Assembly (NCBI GenBank): GCA_040437565.1
Contig: JBDOQK010000015.1
Span: 248,001 to 312,000 of the forward strand
From: Albugo candida
Taxonomy: Eukaryota
DNA: 64,000 bases
Reading direction: 5' to 3'
Shown: one piece after another, positions 48,775 to 60,639 of the stretch
How positions within the stretch are numbered: the stretch's first letter is position 1
Layout: each line of letters begins with the position of its first letter
The notes under the pieces: model-generated
The model's input: only the letters and a program-made list of their open reading frames with translations
Databases searched by the model: none
What the model was told of the DNA's origin: nothing
Translations under genes and position numbers: made by a program

Positions 48775-51179
48775 ATTAAATAACTTGAGGGGATTGAACA
48801 GTTAAAATCAGCTGGTCTGTTAACTTACCCAAAGCAACCGCAAAAAGCCTCAAGTCAATCCGATTACATTTGCGATAATAATACAGCATCGTGTAGTCGA
48901 ATTTATTGTTGAGGTTTTCATTCGAAGTTGCAACAGCACTTCGCTCATTCTTGTATTGCCCTCACGGCAGTCCAACCTTTTATATTTGAGAATACGCGAG
49001 AGAAGCGTCGAATGAGGATAAGTTCAGTTATCGACGGACAATCGCGGCCTATATTGACGCTCGTAACCATCGATAAGTGGCACAAATGGGTAGCACGAAT
49101 GATTGGGTGCAACGTTCGGTTGCTACGCCGTCTACACTCATAGGTCACGCAATGACAAGAGACAACATGCTCAATCAAGAGGTTCTTGGATTACATAGTC
49201 CACGATACAAATAATGTATGATACTTTTATGGAGTCAAAATAGATCTGATTATAAAGTTTATTACTATATGATCGTTCGACTTCACAAAGCGGAAAAATT
49301 TATCTCAAATTTGAATTGTCAGTCATCATTGTTCTGCAGAACTTCTAGAGCTTAGAGCTTTTAAATGCTGGCATCGAGACCGAATTTTGACATTCGAAGT
49401 GGGCTGAGTTTTGGGTAATTTTGCAAAATGCATTCCAGCTTATCGGATCGTTCAACAATATCTTTGCAATTCTCGATACGATGTATCAAAAACTGGGGAC
49501 GTCCGTACAGCTATCTAGTTACGGCTCGGCGACTACTACTTCGACATGTCATCTTGACAACAAGCTGATTGAATTTGGCCATTTGTATACAGTGTGCTAG
49601 AGCTTATCGGCATGGATGTGCTTCGGCTTGTCGTAATCTTCACTTCATGATTACTAGCGTCTTTTATAAACGCCTCAAGGAATTTTATCGTTCGCTGACC
49701 ATCTTCTCACTTGTTCGCTTGCACATAAGGAGTATTGTCCATCGCTTTTTAAATGCTCTCGTATACAGATAGGCTGCTCATCCATCACAAATTTTGATCA
49801 CTCGCTTGTTCTGTATACCCTGGAGCAAAAATTCACCTGAGTGCGACGCAGATGCTACGTTTGGATTGCATATGTGCGTTCTCTATTTTTTTGAGTCAGC
49901 TCGAGGTGCTCCACGCCCACCAGAGCATTAGACACAACATCTTGATATCATTTATATTGCTCCGGCACAAAAAAATATCTGTCAACCACATATAATACTT
50001 ATATTTCGAATTGTATCATGATTCACCCAAATCCTCAAAAGGTCTCATTCTGCATACTATTGAATCGTGCCTACAAATCAAGCAATCATTGTAAAATAAG
50101 GCCTCTAGGTGTGCAGATTGTTCCTATGCTAGATGAAGATAATGTTTGTGTTCAATAGCGTGTGACTGTCTCCCAAACTAGGAACAGCCTTGAATAGAAC
50201 TTTTATCGATTGTCCGTGAAACCCAACTTGGACATATGAAAGAATATTGAAGCATCTTAAGCTACTTCCGATGAATATTCTAGCAGCTTGGTTCTTGTTT
50301 TCAAAGAACACAGTCACAGATGCGCAACGGCGTTTGGAGAAAGCTTTATAAGTTACACTTTTCACTACAAGCACTTGGACTATTATACTTGTGCCGAACC
50401 CTCCCAAGGACTGCAACTTGCCCGCATCACAAAGTTTGACAAGATTGCAAACCACTTTCGCCTAAAGAAATATTTTGAACGCATTTACCCGTAATAGTCT
50501 CATAACGTCAGTGTTGAGCACTTCATGTAAAAGTCATCGATCAGATCAGCCAGCAAAAGTAGGATCATTCTTCTATCATAACGAAACATTAGAGAGCTTT
50601 GACATACTACTGAATGGAGCTTTCTGAAACAGTGCTGAGGCGTCAATAGATGCTGCGGAGTCAAATGCACCGCGACACATAAACATTGTCATACGAAAGA
50701 ACGTTGGCGATATGCAAGGCTCGAAAAAGATCAGCTTGCAGCCGAGTATGATAGTAGAGAAATTCTCACCTGGCTAAATAAACACACGAGAAGTCCTTGG
50801 GAAAGGAGGTTGAACGGCAACAAGAGGTGTACGATGAGAAAAATTCAGCGCATATGTACGAAAGTATGTATACAACTGAGAGAACAATAGCTTCGATACA
50901 GGATCTTTTTTGGGACCTAAGAGACAGAACAGGCTTTTTGCAAGAGCAATTGATCATGAGCGGACATCGAGCAAGCCTGAGTCAAACAAGACCTGAATAA
51001 ACTCTGGAATGACAGGTATAATTACATGTTGAGTTACAAGATGCGTGAATCATAGTACAACGTCAGAGACTCGATTTGTTTGGCTGCAAAAGGAATGGAA
51101 ACATGAGCGTAAGCATAGTACGAGCACTGAAAATTTGAAAGGAGACACAATTCTGCAGGAAACGGTACATCGGGTCTCC

Positions 51180-53923
51180 ATGCTTGCTGCGCCGCATCGT
51201 ATACACAGTTTGGACGAATTGAAAAGAGCTCCATGGTGTCTCGAACTCGTACATGAGCAGAACGAAGCCAATTTGAAAGAGTATATTCTAAGGAATTATC
51301 ATCTTTTCATCCAAAGTAATCAGTGCAGCGATGTAATCAAGAACGAGATGTCCAATTTGCAGGATCAAACCAGCGAACTGATGCCAAAGCTTTGTTCGGC
51401 GCAGAATAATTTTTCCTCTACCATAGGCAATATAGAGACGTCAATAGGTAAACATAATGATATCCAATTCCTGTTGAACCATCATCAAGAGGTTTGTGAG
51501 CTAAATATCATCCTCGCTGCGTTTCTGCACTGAAAAAATTCATTTCTTTTATTTTGCAGTTGCAAAATCTACGGAGATTCCGCAACTGATTCATCATTGC
51601 ACCAAAAATGAGCTTTTCGAATCAGCCATCGATATAATCCAGTTTTTTTCAAATATTTTCAGTTTACGTTCGGCTAATCACTGCGAAGAAAATGTGAATT
51701 TCGTTAATTCAGGGCAAGAGATTATTCGGCTTCTTTGTGATGAAGTAGTGCATCAAATACGATTTCTCCGAAAAATGCTAATCAAGAAACTCAGCCAGGA
51801 TTCACCCTTGGTCTTATGTGTTCGTGTCGTAAGTCTTTTGAGACAACTGGACCCGTTGTGTTCTGCCAACGAAAGTACAGAAGTGATAGAATCCAAGTTG
51901 AAGCATGAGTTCCTGGCATCACGTAGTGAGTGGCTGAACTCGGTCTTACATGCAAATGCTCTGGATGATCCATATCACCACGTAAATCGATTTCCCAGTA
52001 TTTGTTGGAGTCGTTCTCATGTTTGATCGCAATAGATGCTGGAAGTTGTAGACAATAACCGATCGAATTGGATGAACATATTTACCCAGTACACCGCAAT
52101 ATTTGGCTCAAAGGTAAGGTACCGATGCCCTTCAATATTTACCTGTACTCACAATCCACCCAAGGGAATGGATCCAACATTGTGCAGATGGGCCACGTTA
52201 AATGTGGTCAAGTTCATTGATCTGCTGAAGTAGTGAGTCTCCNNNNNNNNNNNNNNNNNNNNNNNNNNNNNNNNNNNNNNNNNNNNNNNNNNNNNNNNNN
52301 NNNNNNNNNNNNNNNNNNNNNNNNNNNNNNNNNNNNNNNNNNTTTGTGAGCTAAATATCATCCTCGCTGCGTTTCTGCACTGAAAAAATTCATTTCTTTT
52401 ATTTTGCAGTTGCAAAATCTACTGGAGATTCCGCAACTGATTCATCATTGCACCAAAAATGAGCTTTTCGAATCAGCCATCGATATAATCCAGTTTTTTT
52501 CAAATATTTTCAGTTTACGTTCGGCTAATCACTGCGAAGAAAATGTGAATTTCGTTAATTCAGGGCAAGAGATTATTCGGCTTCTTTGTGATGAAGTAGT
52601 GCATCAAATACGATTTCTCCGAAAAATGCTAATCAAGAAACTCAGCCAGGATTCACCCTTGGTCTTATGTGTTCGTGTCGTAAGTCTTTTGAGACAACTG
52701 GACCCGTTGTGTTCTGCCAACGAAAGTACAGAAGTGATAGAATCCAAGTTGAAGCATGAGTTCCTGGCATCACGTAGTGAGTGGCTGAACTCGGTCTTAC
52801 ATGCAAATGCTCTGGATGATCCATATCACCACGTAAATCGATTTCCCAGTATTTGTTGGAGTCGTTCTCATGTTTGATCGCAATAGATGCTGGAAGTTGT
52901 AGACAATAACCGATCGAATTGGATGAACATATTTACCCAGTACACCGCAATATTTGGCTCAAAGGTAAGGTACCGATGCCCTTCAATATTTACCTGTACT
53001 CACAATCCACCCAAGGGAATGGATCCAACATTGTGCAGATGGGCCACGTTAAATGTGGTCAAGTTCATTGATCTGCTGAAGTAGTGAGTCTCCTAATAAA
53101 ATGGAACCTAACCAGTGCTTAACCTGTGTTTTTCTATTTAGTCAACTTTCTCAAATAGATGATTTTAGCCTGATCTCAAATATTATGGATCAAAGCTTGT
53201 TCTTCGCTGGATCATTCGGGCGTCTCGGATTTGACTTTCGGACTTCTCTTGTTGTGTTGTTTGAAGACCATGTGTTTGACCGGTTGCAAGAATGCTGGGC
53301 TAAAGCTATCGCCGAATTCCGAGGAGCCTTGGATGTGCCCTTGTTTGATAGTGGAGATGATAAACATGGTACCAAGGATGTCGTCAGGATTGGACTGTCA
53401 TCTGTCCATTTTATAAGCTCCGAACCAAGCCACGTGCAAAGGATCGACAATGACTACACACCTCCTCGCCAACTCTTGGGATTTCCGATCTTGGTCGACT
53501 TCACAAATGCGGTTTTAAGTAGTCTGAACAATCTCCGACTTTGCTTGATTACTTCGTTACGGATACGTATGAAGAAACGATTTCTAAAAATGACGGTGGA
53601 TTTTGCCCAGGCAATATCAGACTTCACTCGGCAAATGAATCTAGAAGGATTATGCAATGACGGCAGAGAAAGGAGTAAGAAATCAAAAGGTTTTATTCAA
53701 GCTGTAGAAAGCATGATAAAGGTAATTGTTCTTTGATTGTTCTGGATGCGGACGCGAATTACTGACAGCGTCCGATTAGGTATCAGAGAGTATTCTTATC
53801 CCATACTTATTCGACTGCTTCTCAAGACTTTATCCGGATCACCAATTAGATAAATGCAATACCGAAGCTGACCTTGAGCTAGATGGATGTTTAGCTATAT
53901 TGAAAGGTTTGGAAACTGAGTAA
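51180..53923 (+). CDS. COG8: Conserved oligomeric Golgi complex subunit 8 (Dor1-like), multi-exon; start codon uncertain
   Basis: NYHLFI, LLEIPQL, CVRVVSLLR, EFLASR..WL, IFTQYTAIF, QSLFFAGSFGRLGFDFR and PPRQLLGFPILVDFTNAVL..LNNLRLC match the COG8/Dor1 family. Contains a 750-bp artefactual duplicate. Confidence 0.9.
51493..53093. repeat. Gap-flanking duplication (51493-52242 vs 52343-53093), assembly artefact
   Basis: 750/751-bp copies around the 100-N gap. The first copy lacks one T (ctacgga vs ctactgga), which would frameshift COG8. Confidence 0.95.
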
Positions 53924-55900
53924 AAAGCGTTCGTTCTTGTAATCTCAAATGAATCGGGTCGAAACAGTATATAACGGTGCACGAAAACAGAGTACGCTTA
54001 TTTTCTTGCTCAGACGTACTGCGCTACCTTCCATACAAGCCAAGGAAAACCCTTGCCCAATGTTTCTTACCCATAGTGAAGGTTCGATTCGAACGCATAC
54101 GTGACAGAAAAAAAACTTGCGTGCAATTACGTCGCTGGGCTGCAATCATTACCTGTATCTGTAAATCATTTGTGGGCGATCAGCTTATCGCGTCAGCAAA
54201 TTTCTATTCGTCTCGAGGCAGATAACGAATTTATTGGCGTGAGAATGTGTAACTCTCTTACTTCAACAATCCGGTTTTTCGTTACCAAAGCGGCTACTTC
54301 AGCTCCGTGAAGCTCAGTCGCCATTTGTTCGCGAATCGTTGGTATCGCAAAAATACGGCGAACAGTCTTCATGCTGAGAGAACAAAAACTGTGTTCCGCG
54401 CGCTAAATCGTTATCTATAGTTCGTTATGTCTTGATGGAAGTGACATTGTGGGCAAAATGAAAAAGTGAGAACCACGGCGATTCTACTAAACTGGGAGAA
54501 TAGCTTTGATATTCGACAAACTATAGCAGAAGAGATACTAGAATCAGTGCAATTCTTATGGTCAAGTATTCAGGCGGTACCATCCTTGTCATACAGGTCC
54601 TACCCTTCTTTTCCTGAGACACTAACATGAAGACTGGTTCCTCAGTATTCGTTTCTGCAGTCAGTCGTACATTTAATCGCCTCTCACAACAGCCCTAACT
54701 GAGAAGACGAATAACTTGCGGCAAAAAATAAAGATGTACAAAAGAACATATCGACAATGAAATGATGATGAAGTACATTATTGATATGCTCGGACCAAAA
54801 TTCTTATGCTACACGCAATAACTGCAATTAGCGCATTTCTTGTACTGAGGCAATCCTAGCGACATAGAAAGGATGATGTTCCTGAGTTTTACTTTACGTC
54901 CACATGGCGCTTCAATCTTGAGAACCTAATCGTGATATTCGTCCGAGGGCCAGCTCATGTTGTGTCACTGTATATAAGATAGTAGTGAAAGAGCTGGATG
55001 CGCTCTGAGAGCGCCACGATTTCAACATAATACCAAGTAAAGCTAGTCTGCAAAAGTATAATTGTTATGAAGAGAGCCGATGGAAGGGTACAAAGCTTCT
55101 GTATCCGTTCGACTTGCAGCGAAATGGTACGGCTAAAACACGTATCTGTTGTAAATTAGTCTTCATCAAAAAAATGGTCGACTGCAGAGTGATAAGCTAC
55201 TACAAATATTTTCTTCATCAAAATCTTGGCGCATATCTCACCCAAACTCTTTTGAAAGTGTATGCATTAAGATAATGCTATAAATCAGGCATGATCGGAA
55301 TGGATGTTCAGATATTTCGTGCAAATTCACAATAGCGCTTCCGCAATGAAGATGTTAGAGTAACATAGATTGATGAGTCGATAATATACTCGCTCGCCAC
55401 TGCCATGAAGATCATTTTTGCTTCAACTACTTTCTGATCACGACAGCACCTCCTTCAATTGAGCATATACCACTACCAGGATTCAAATCGATCTATCGAG
55501 TGCGTAATAGCACTATGAATTCTAACATGGCCAGATATACCGATGCTCGTGCTCGTGCTCGTGCTATCAAATTTCCTCACATTTCCTCACACACAGAGTC
55601 AACAAAGCGGTCGTTCGTACATAGTGCTTCGAATTGTATATTAACGAAAATACGTACTATGATAATTCAATCGATATCGCACAATTTGATTGCTAAATAT
55701 GACACTGCACTTAGCACCCACATTTTACAGCTGTTGAATGCTTTGAAATTAAGAGCGAGTCTGGAAAAGTCTGATACCCATCGTCCTCAAACCGCCAGGT
55801 GAGTGTGTAATACCTTCGTGTCACACCATTTTTTTCCAAGTATCGTATCATCGCCTTTACAGGTAATCGTCAGACACGGAACGATTGACTCTTCAGCCTC

Positions 55901-58732
55901 ATGACACGAGTAGCGACGCTTCCAAATACGCTACCTGAACTTGCAGCAGATACACTTGTCACGGATCTGAATGTATCAAGCCAAAGCGTCAACCCGAAAT
56001 TATTCACGATCCGAGAGAAAATTCGATCGATTTCAATTCAGCATCTCTACTTCATATGTACTACAGCCGCAACACTAGCATCGTTAGCGTCATGTGCGAA
56101 AGAAGTTGATTCTCGTCGATCAAATCATATCACGACTTCTTCACTCTTAGATATAGGTATTTAGTACACTAGGAAATCATCACTGGTATGAGTCCATAAT
56201 TCCGTATCTGAATGCATCGTAGCGGAGACGATGATTGACGTTATGTTTGGCTCACGTTACCATGCATTGGTATTTTTCAAACAATAAATCAGGATTTGCG
56301 ATTTATTAATGTCATCTGTAGATATTGATGCATACATATCTCATGATACTTTATGTCACCTTCGTGGCAACAATGACAAAATGTTTTCGGCACATTCGTC
56401 CAACAGAGTCACAGGTATGGACAGTGATACTGTTGCCTATTGGTACGAATCTTTTTTGACAAAATTTTACAACTTTAGCAAACGAAAGAGGCAATACTGC
56501 ATTTTTCCTTAATGCGCTGTTTAGTGTTGGCGACTACTCTCGGACCACTAACTGGCTTCCTGCAACTTGGGATATTACTCTTGTGGCTTTCTTCGGTTGC
56601 GTTCATGCGAGGCGTGGTGACAATGTGCAAATGCCGCTTTGATTATGTAAGATATAGCATTTGTGCAATATCACTCGTGTAGTTTTATTTGAATGCTTTT
56701 TGTGTTAGCTTATGACACGTCCAATCCCAAACGAAGTCGATATCTACCGTCTCTCTTGGGTGCTTACAGCAACGATTGTAGTAAACCTTGCGCTCGTGTT
56801 CGTATGGTCGTCCAGTACTCACTTTTCATATTTGACTATCCATTTTGCTTATTTCGAAGCATCGCTGTTGCTTCTTAAAGCAACTCAGCTTGGCGTTAAA
56901 ATCATTTACAGCATTTTCGACCTTGACACTTCTTTTCATGAATCTCATATCAAAGGACGTAAGGTATCCAAATGCTCCTCCTTGGCCAAGTTCAAATCAC
57001 TTGGCATGTCGTCCCTCACAGCTCTCAAGATACTCAATTTGGACGGACTCTGGTGCATGTTCAAATGTGATAAAGGAGAATTTTATCTGCTCGTGACTCA
57101 GATGGGACTAAGCGGCTGTTATCTACTCCAGCTTATTGTTTACTATCTATACATTCTTGGTACTGACCAATTCAGGATATCTTTTCTCGATTTGATACTC
57201 ATACTGAACGTAAAAAATGCCATGATGGAAGTTGTGGATCGATACAAAAAGATTTCCATCTATAAACACGCTGCCATGGAATTAGACGAACTCTTCCCAT
57301 CTGCAAATGATGAAGACCTAGCGGCTAACCTGGACGATGTCTGTGTCATCTGTTTGAAACCTATGTCATTGGAAGCAAAGAAATTGCGTTGTGGTCATTT
57401 ACTCCACAAGTTTTGTTTACGTCAATGTTTACAGAAGGAGTCAGCCGACGAAACGTTCACACACTCAAACCTGATGGGGCAGCGACATCACAATAATTTG
57501 AAAACAAATATGCGGTGTCCTCTCTGCCGTCAAAATATTCACTTCTCCACCGAGTTTGACACCGCGTGTGCATTGACAAATGTGAATTCTACACTCGTAC
57601 AGCCACCAGAAGAACTTCGCGCAAATAGAGCTGAGCCATTGGCATTACCGCCAGCTGAAGAGGTTATACGTTTCAGCAGTAAGTTCTCACTCATCGTTTT
57701 GTTAGATATGTTTATTCACACTTGTGCGGTCTACAGCTGAACGTCTTGCCCGTTGGTTACCTCTTCCTTCACTGTCGTTCGAGATTTTACGACATCGGGA
57801 TCCCTTGGAATCGCCGATCGCCATGCAGCAAATGACGCACCAAGTCTTGGAAATGTTTCCGCANNNNNNNNNNNNNNNNNNNNNNNNNNNNNNNNNNNNN
57901 NNNNNNNNNNNNNNNNNNNNNNNNNNNNNNNNNNNNNNNNNNNNNNNNNNNNNNNNNNNNNNNGAAGACCTAGCGGCTAACCTGGACGATGTCTGTGTCA
58001 TCTGTTTGAAACCTATGTCATTGGAAGCAAAGAAATTGCGTTGTGGTCATTTACTCCACAAGTTTTGTTTACGTCAATGTTTACAGAAGGAGTCAGCCGA
58101 CGAAACGTTCACACACTCAAACCTGATGGGGCAGCGACATCACAATAATTTGAAAACAAATATGCGGTGTCCTCTCTGCCGTCAAAATATTCACTTCTCC
58201 ACCGAGTTTGACACCGCGTGTGCATTGACAAATGTGAATTCTACACTCGTACAGCCACCAGAAGAACTTCGCGCAAATAGAGCTGAGCCATTGGCATTAC
58301 CGCCAGCTGAAGAGGTTATACGTTTCAGCAGTAAGTTCTCACTCATCGTTTTGTTAGATATGTTTATTCACACTTGTGCGGTCTACAGCTGAACGTCTTG
58401 CCCGTTGGTTACCTCTTCCTTCACTGTCGTTCGAGATTTTACGACATCGGGATCCCTTGGAATCGCCGATCGCCATGCAGCAAATGACGCACCAAGTCTT
58501 GGAAATGTTTCCGCAGTATTCCCCGGAGCAAGTTCAGCGAGATCTGATGCAATCCAGATCCGCTACTCGTACGATCGAGAATATATTGAATGGGCGACTG
58601 CAGGATTCACCATTGGCGATCGCTGATGAAGATACTTTTTTCACAGAGCTCAGGGCTAATGCAGCGGATTTGTGGAGCAGTATGTGGGGTGGCAACCAGT
58701 CCTCACAAGCTAATCAGGTTCACCGGAGATGA
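55901..58732 (+). CDS. Multi-pass RING-H2 + CUE E3 ubiquitin ligase (gp78/AMFR- or RIN2-like, ERAD)
   Basis: N-terminal TM exons (FRHIRPTESQ, MCKCRFDY), RING-H2 DDVCVIC..AKKLRCGHLLHKFC...CPLCR, and CUE-like QVLEMFPQ....V.RDL..SRSA..TIENIL.G. Contains a 552-bp artefactual duplicate. Confidence 0.88.
57312..58515. repeat. Gap-flanking duplication (57312-57863 = 57964-58515), assembly artefact
   Basis: 552-bp copies around the 100-N gap give a false second RING domain. Confidence 0.95.
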
Positions 58733-58853
58733 TACTAGGCAATCACAACCCGAATGTTGGAGCGAAGAGAAGCGAAGATTACCTCGAAGAAAATTCGTTA
58801 GACAAACACACAAACTCAATTATCGCATAATGCCAACGGGTGTACCACTCTAA

Positions 58854-59993
58854 TCACAGGATGATCAACTTGGCATGTGGATCCCGACCATACTTTGCTT
58901 TGTTACTATCGAAAAGACTTTGTAAGGCTTGAATATACTTTGCGTGAAAATTTTGAACATCTTGATCTGTTGGCTGAGAGATTTTTGGCAGTAGCAGTGG
59001 CTTTCCTACAACTGTAATTAAACGGATTCCAGATGATGGGAGGAGAGGACACCACCAGATTCCTCTGACGACAATTCCAGGGATTTTCAATCGATTTAGG
59101 GCAAGACGCCAAGAGAGGAAGGATTGTAAATTATGATAAGTCTGTTCTTCACCAAAGGTGTACACTGGAAAGATTTTGTATCCGAATTTTAGAGCCAGCT
59201 TGATGAAACCTGCCCGCTTCGAAATATATAGAATGGGTTGATTCCTTTTGTATAATGTCGCTTCTTCAAATCCTCCTGGAAGAAGAGCTATGTTGTGTCC
59301 AGACGACATCAGCTCAATCATGTGCGACTTCTTAACAGGTCCTTTATGAGACCAAGTCATCAGATTTCGTAAGAATGGTATAACAAAGATGACGGAAGAC
59401 ACCAGCCATTTGATGTCCAGTAACTCAAAAGAAGAGTGGAGAACACCATTGCACATCCACCCGCATGTGGCAACTCCATGCGGATGAAATGCAAATAAAT
59501 TGCGATCGTCCTTCATCAAGTGAACCTTTTCGTTGGGCGAGTAGCCATCAAATACAACTCCACTCTGATTGAAATAAGGATACTGTCGGAACTTTTGTTG
59601 AAGAGACCGTAAGAATGCATCGTTTGATGTTTTATCCAAAGTAAGTAGAATCCATTCGATGCACCAATACGCAATCAAAAATAGTGCAAAACCTAAAAAG
59701 AAATTTGGCCAGACAGGATCGCCGATCGCTTTTTCTGGATTAGTAGTGTGACGTAGATTCTCCCGAACATAGCGGAATAAATCATGCAGGGCATATGCTG
59801 CACATATTATGAAGACAAAAAAACTGCCGAACCAAGAAAGCAGCACGTACAGAAATAATGCCCGACTCCAAAGAAAAGAATAAATGGAGGTGAATATGGT
59901 GTCTCGCTTACTTTGGGCAGCACATGCTTTGTTTTGAACTGAAACACTCGGAATTCCTTTATTTAGTATATTCTCGCTGCTTGGATCTTGCAT
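58854..59993 (-). CDS. DGAT2: Diacylglycerol O-acyltransferase 2 family (DGAT2/MOGAT)
   Basis: FAFHPHG, LLPGGFEEA, RAGFIKLAL, FPVYTFGE, VVGKPL, FHAKYIQALQSLF; N-terminal TM segments; single exon. Confidence 0.92.
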   Translation of the reverse strand: MQDPSSENILNKGIPSVSVQNKACAAQSKRDTIFTSIYSFLWSRALFLYVLLSWFGSFFVFIICAAYALHDLFRYVRENLRHTTNPEKAIGDPVWPNFFLGFALFLIAYWCIEWILLTLDKTSNDAFLRSLQQKFRQYPYFNQSGVVFDGYSPNEKVHLMKDDRNLFAFHPHGVATCGWMCNGVLHSSFELLDIKWLVSSVIFVIPFLRNLMTWSHKGPVKKSHMIELMSSGHNIALLPGGFEEATLYKRNQPILYISKRAGFIKLALKFGYKIFPVYTFGEEQTYHNLQSFLSWRLALNRLKIPGIVVRGIWWCPLLPSSGIRLITVVGKPLLLPKISQPTDQDVQNFHAKYIQALQSLFDSNKAKYGRDPHAKLIIL

Positions 59994-60639
59994 TTAGACT
60001 CTATCGCGAGACAGCTTACAAATGGACAGACTATCATCAGAAATTTTATTCAGCGAATGGGGCATGAGCTATACCCTAACCAAACGTATAGCTGTGCATA
60101 ACCCTAATCAAAGCGCCGTCGAATCTTAAAAAATTAATATTCCATTGAAGAGCACCAGTCGTCCACCGCATCTTCGCACAGATTTCTAGTCAGCCACAAT
60201 GACCAAGGATGTGTAGTAAGCTACTCGACATCGTAGTGAACGGCCACGCACCATATCCCCTATGCTATACGCTACTTTTGATAGTCCAAAGCCATAGAAT
60301 TTATGTATAGTCAATTTCTTTTCAGTCAAAACTAGTAAATTGCATACGAATTCTCACTTGTGATTACCTTTCAGTTCGCTCGTAGTATGAGATTTGTCTC
60401 ATCAAGCACGCTCATTGGGTCTCAGACTGTTGCGAACAATTGCATTTGTACATCTCATTCTCACGAGAACAGACTTTAGTCACATGACGGTGGTAACGAG
60501 TCTAAGTAGCTGGGAAGAAACCATAGATCGCTTATAAGTTTACTCCATACATAGGAATAGTTCAAGATTTAAAGTTTAGTTGAGAAAACTGCTCAACAGC
60601 ATTAAAGTGTTAATGTATGATTACGTAGCTCGGAACTTC

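Noticed and set aside
51493-52242. Apparent frameshifted partial COG8 pseudogene copy
   Set aside because: Gap-flanking duplicate with a single-base difference; an artefact is more likely than a paralog.
54075-54100. GGTTCGATTC, resembling a tRNA T-loop / B box
   Set aside because: No T-stem pairing, acceptor stem or anticodon arm around it.
55543-55566. Short (TGCTCG)n repeat and the 100-aa ORF 55500-55802
   Set aside because: Trivial microsatellite; the ORF has no recognisable motif.
57312-58515. Apparent tandem double RING domain in the E3 ligase
   Set aside because: Exact duplicate flanking a 100-N gap; unmerged contig overlap.
60070-60110. Two ACCCTAA telomere-like (telo-box) motifs upstream of DGAT2
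   Set aside because: Only two isolated heptamers, not an array; no regulatory role can be supported from sequence alone.
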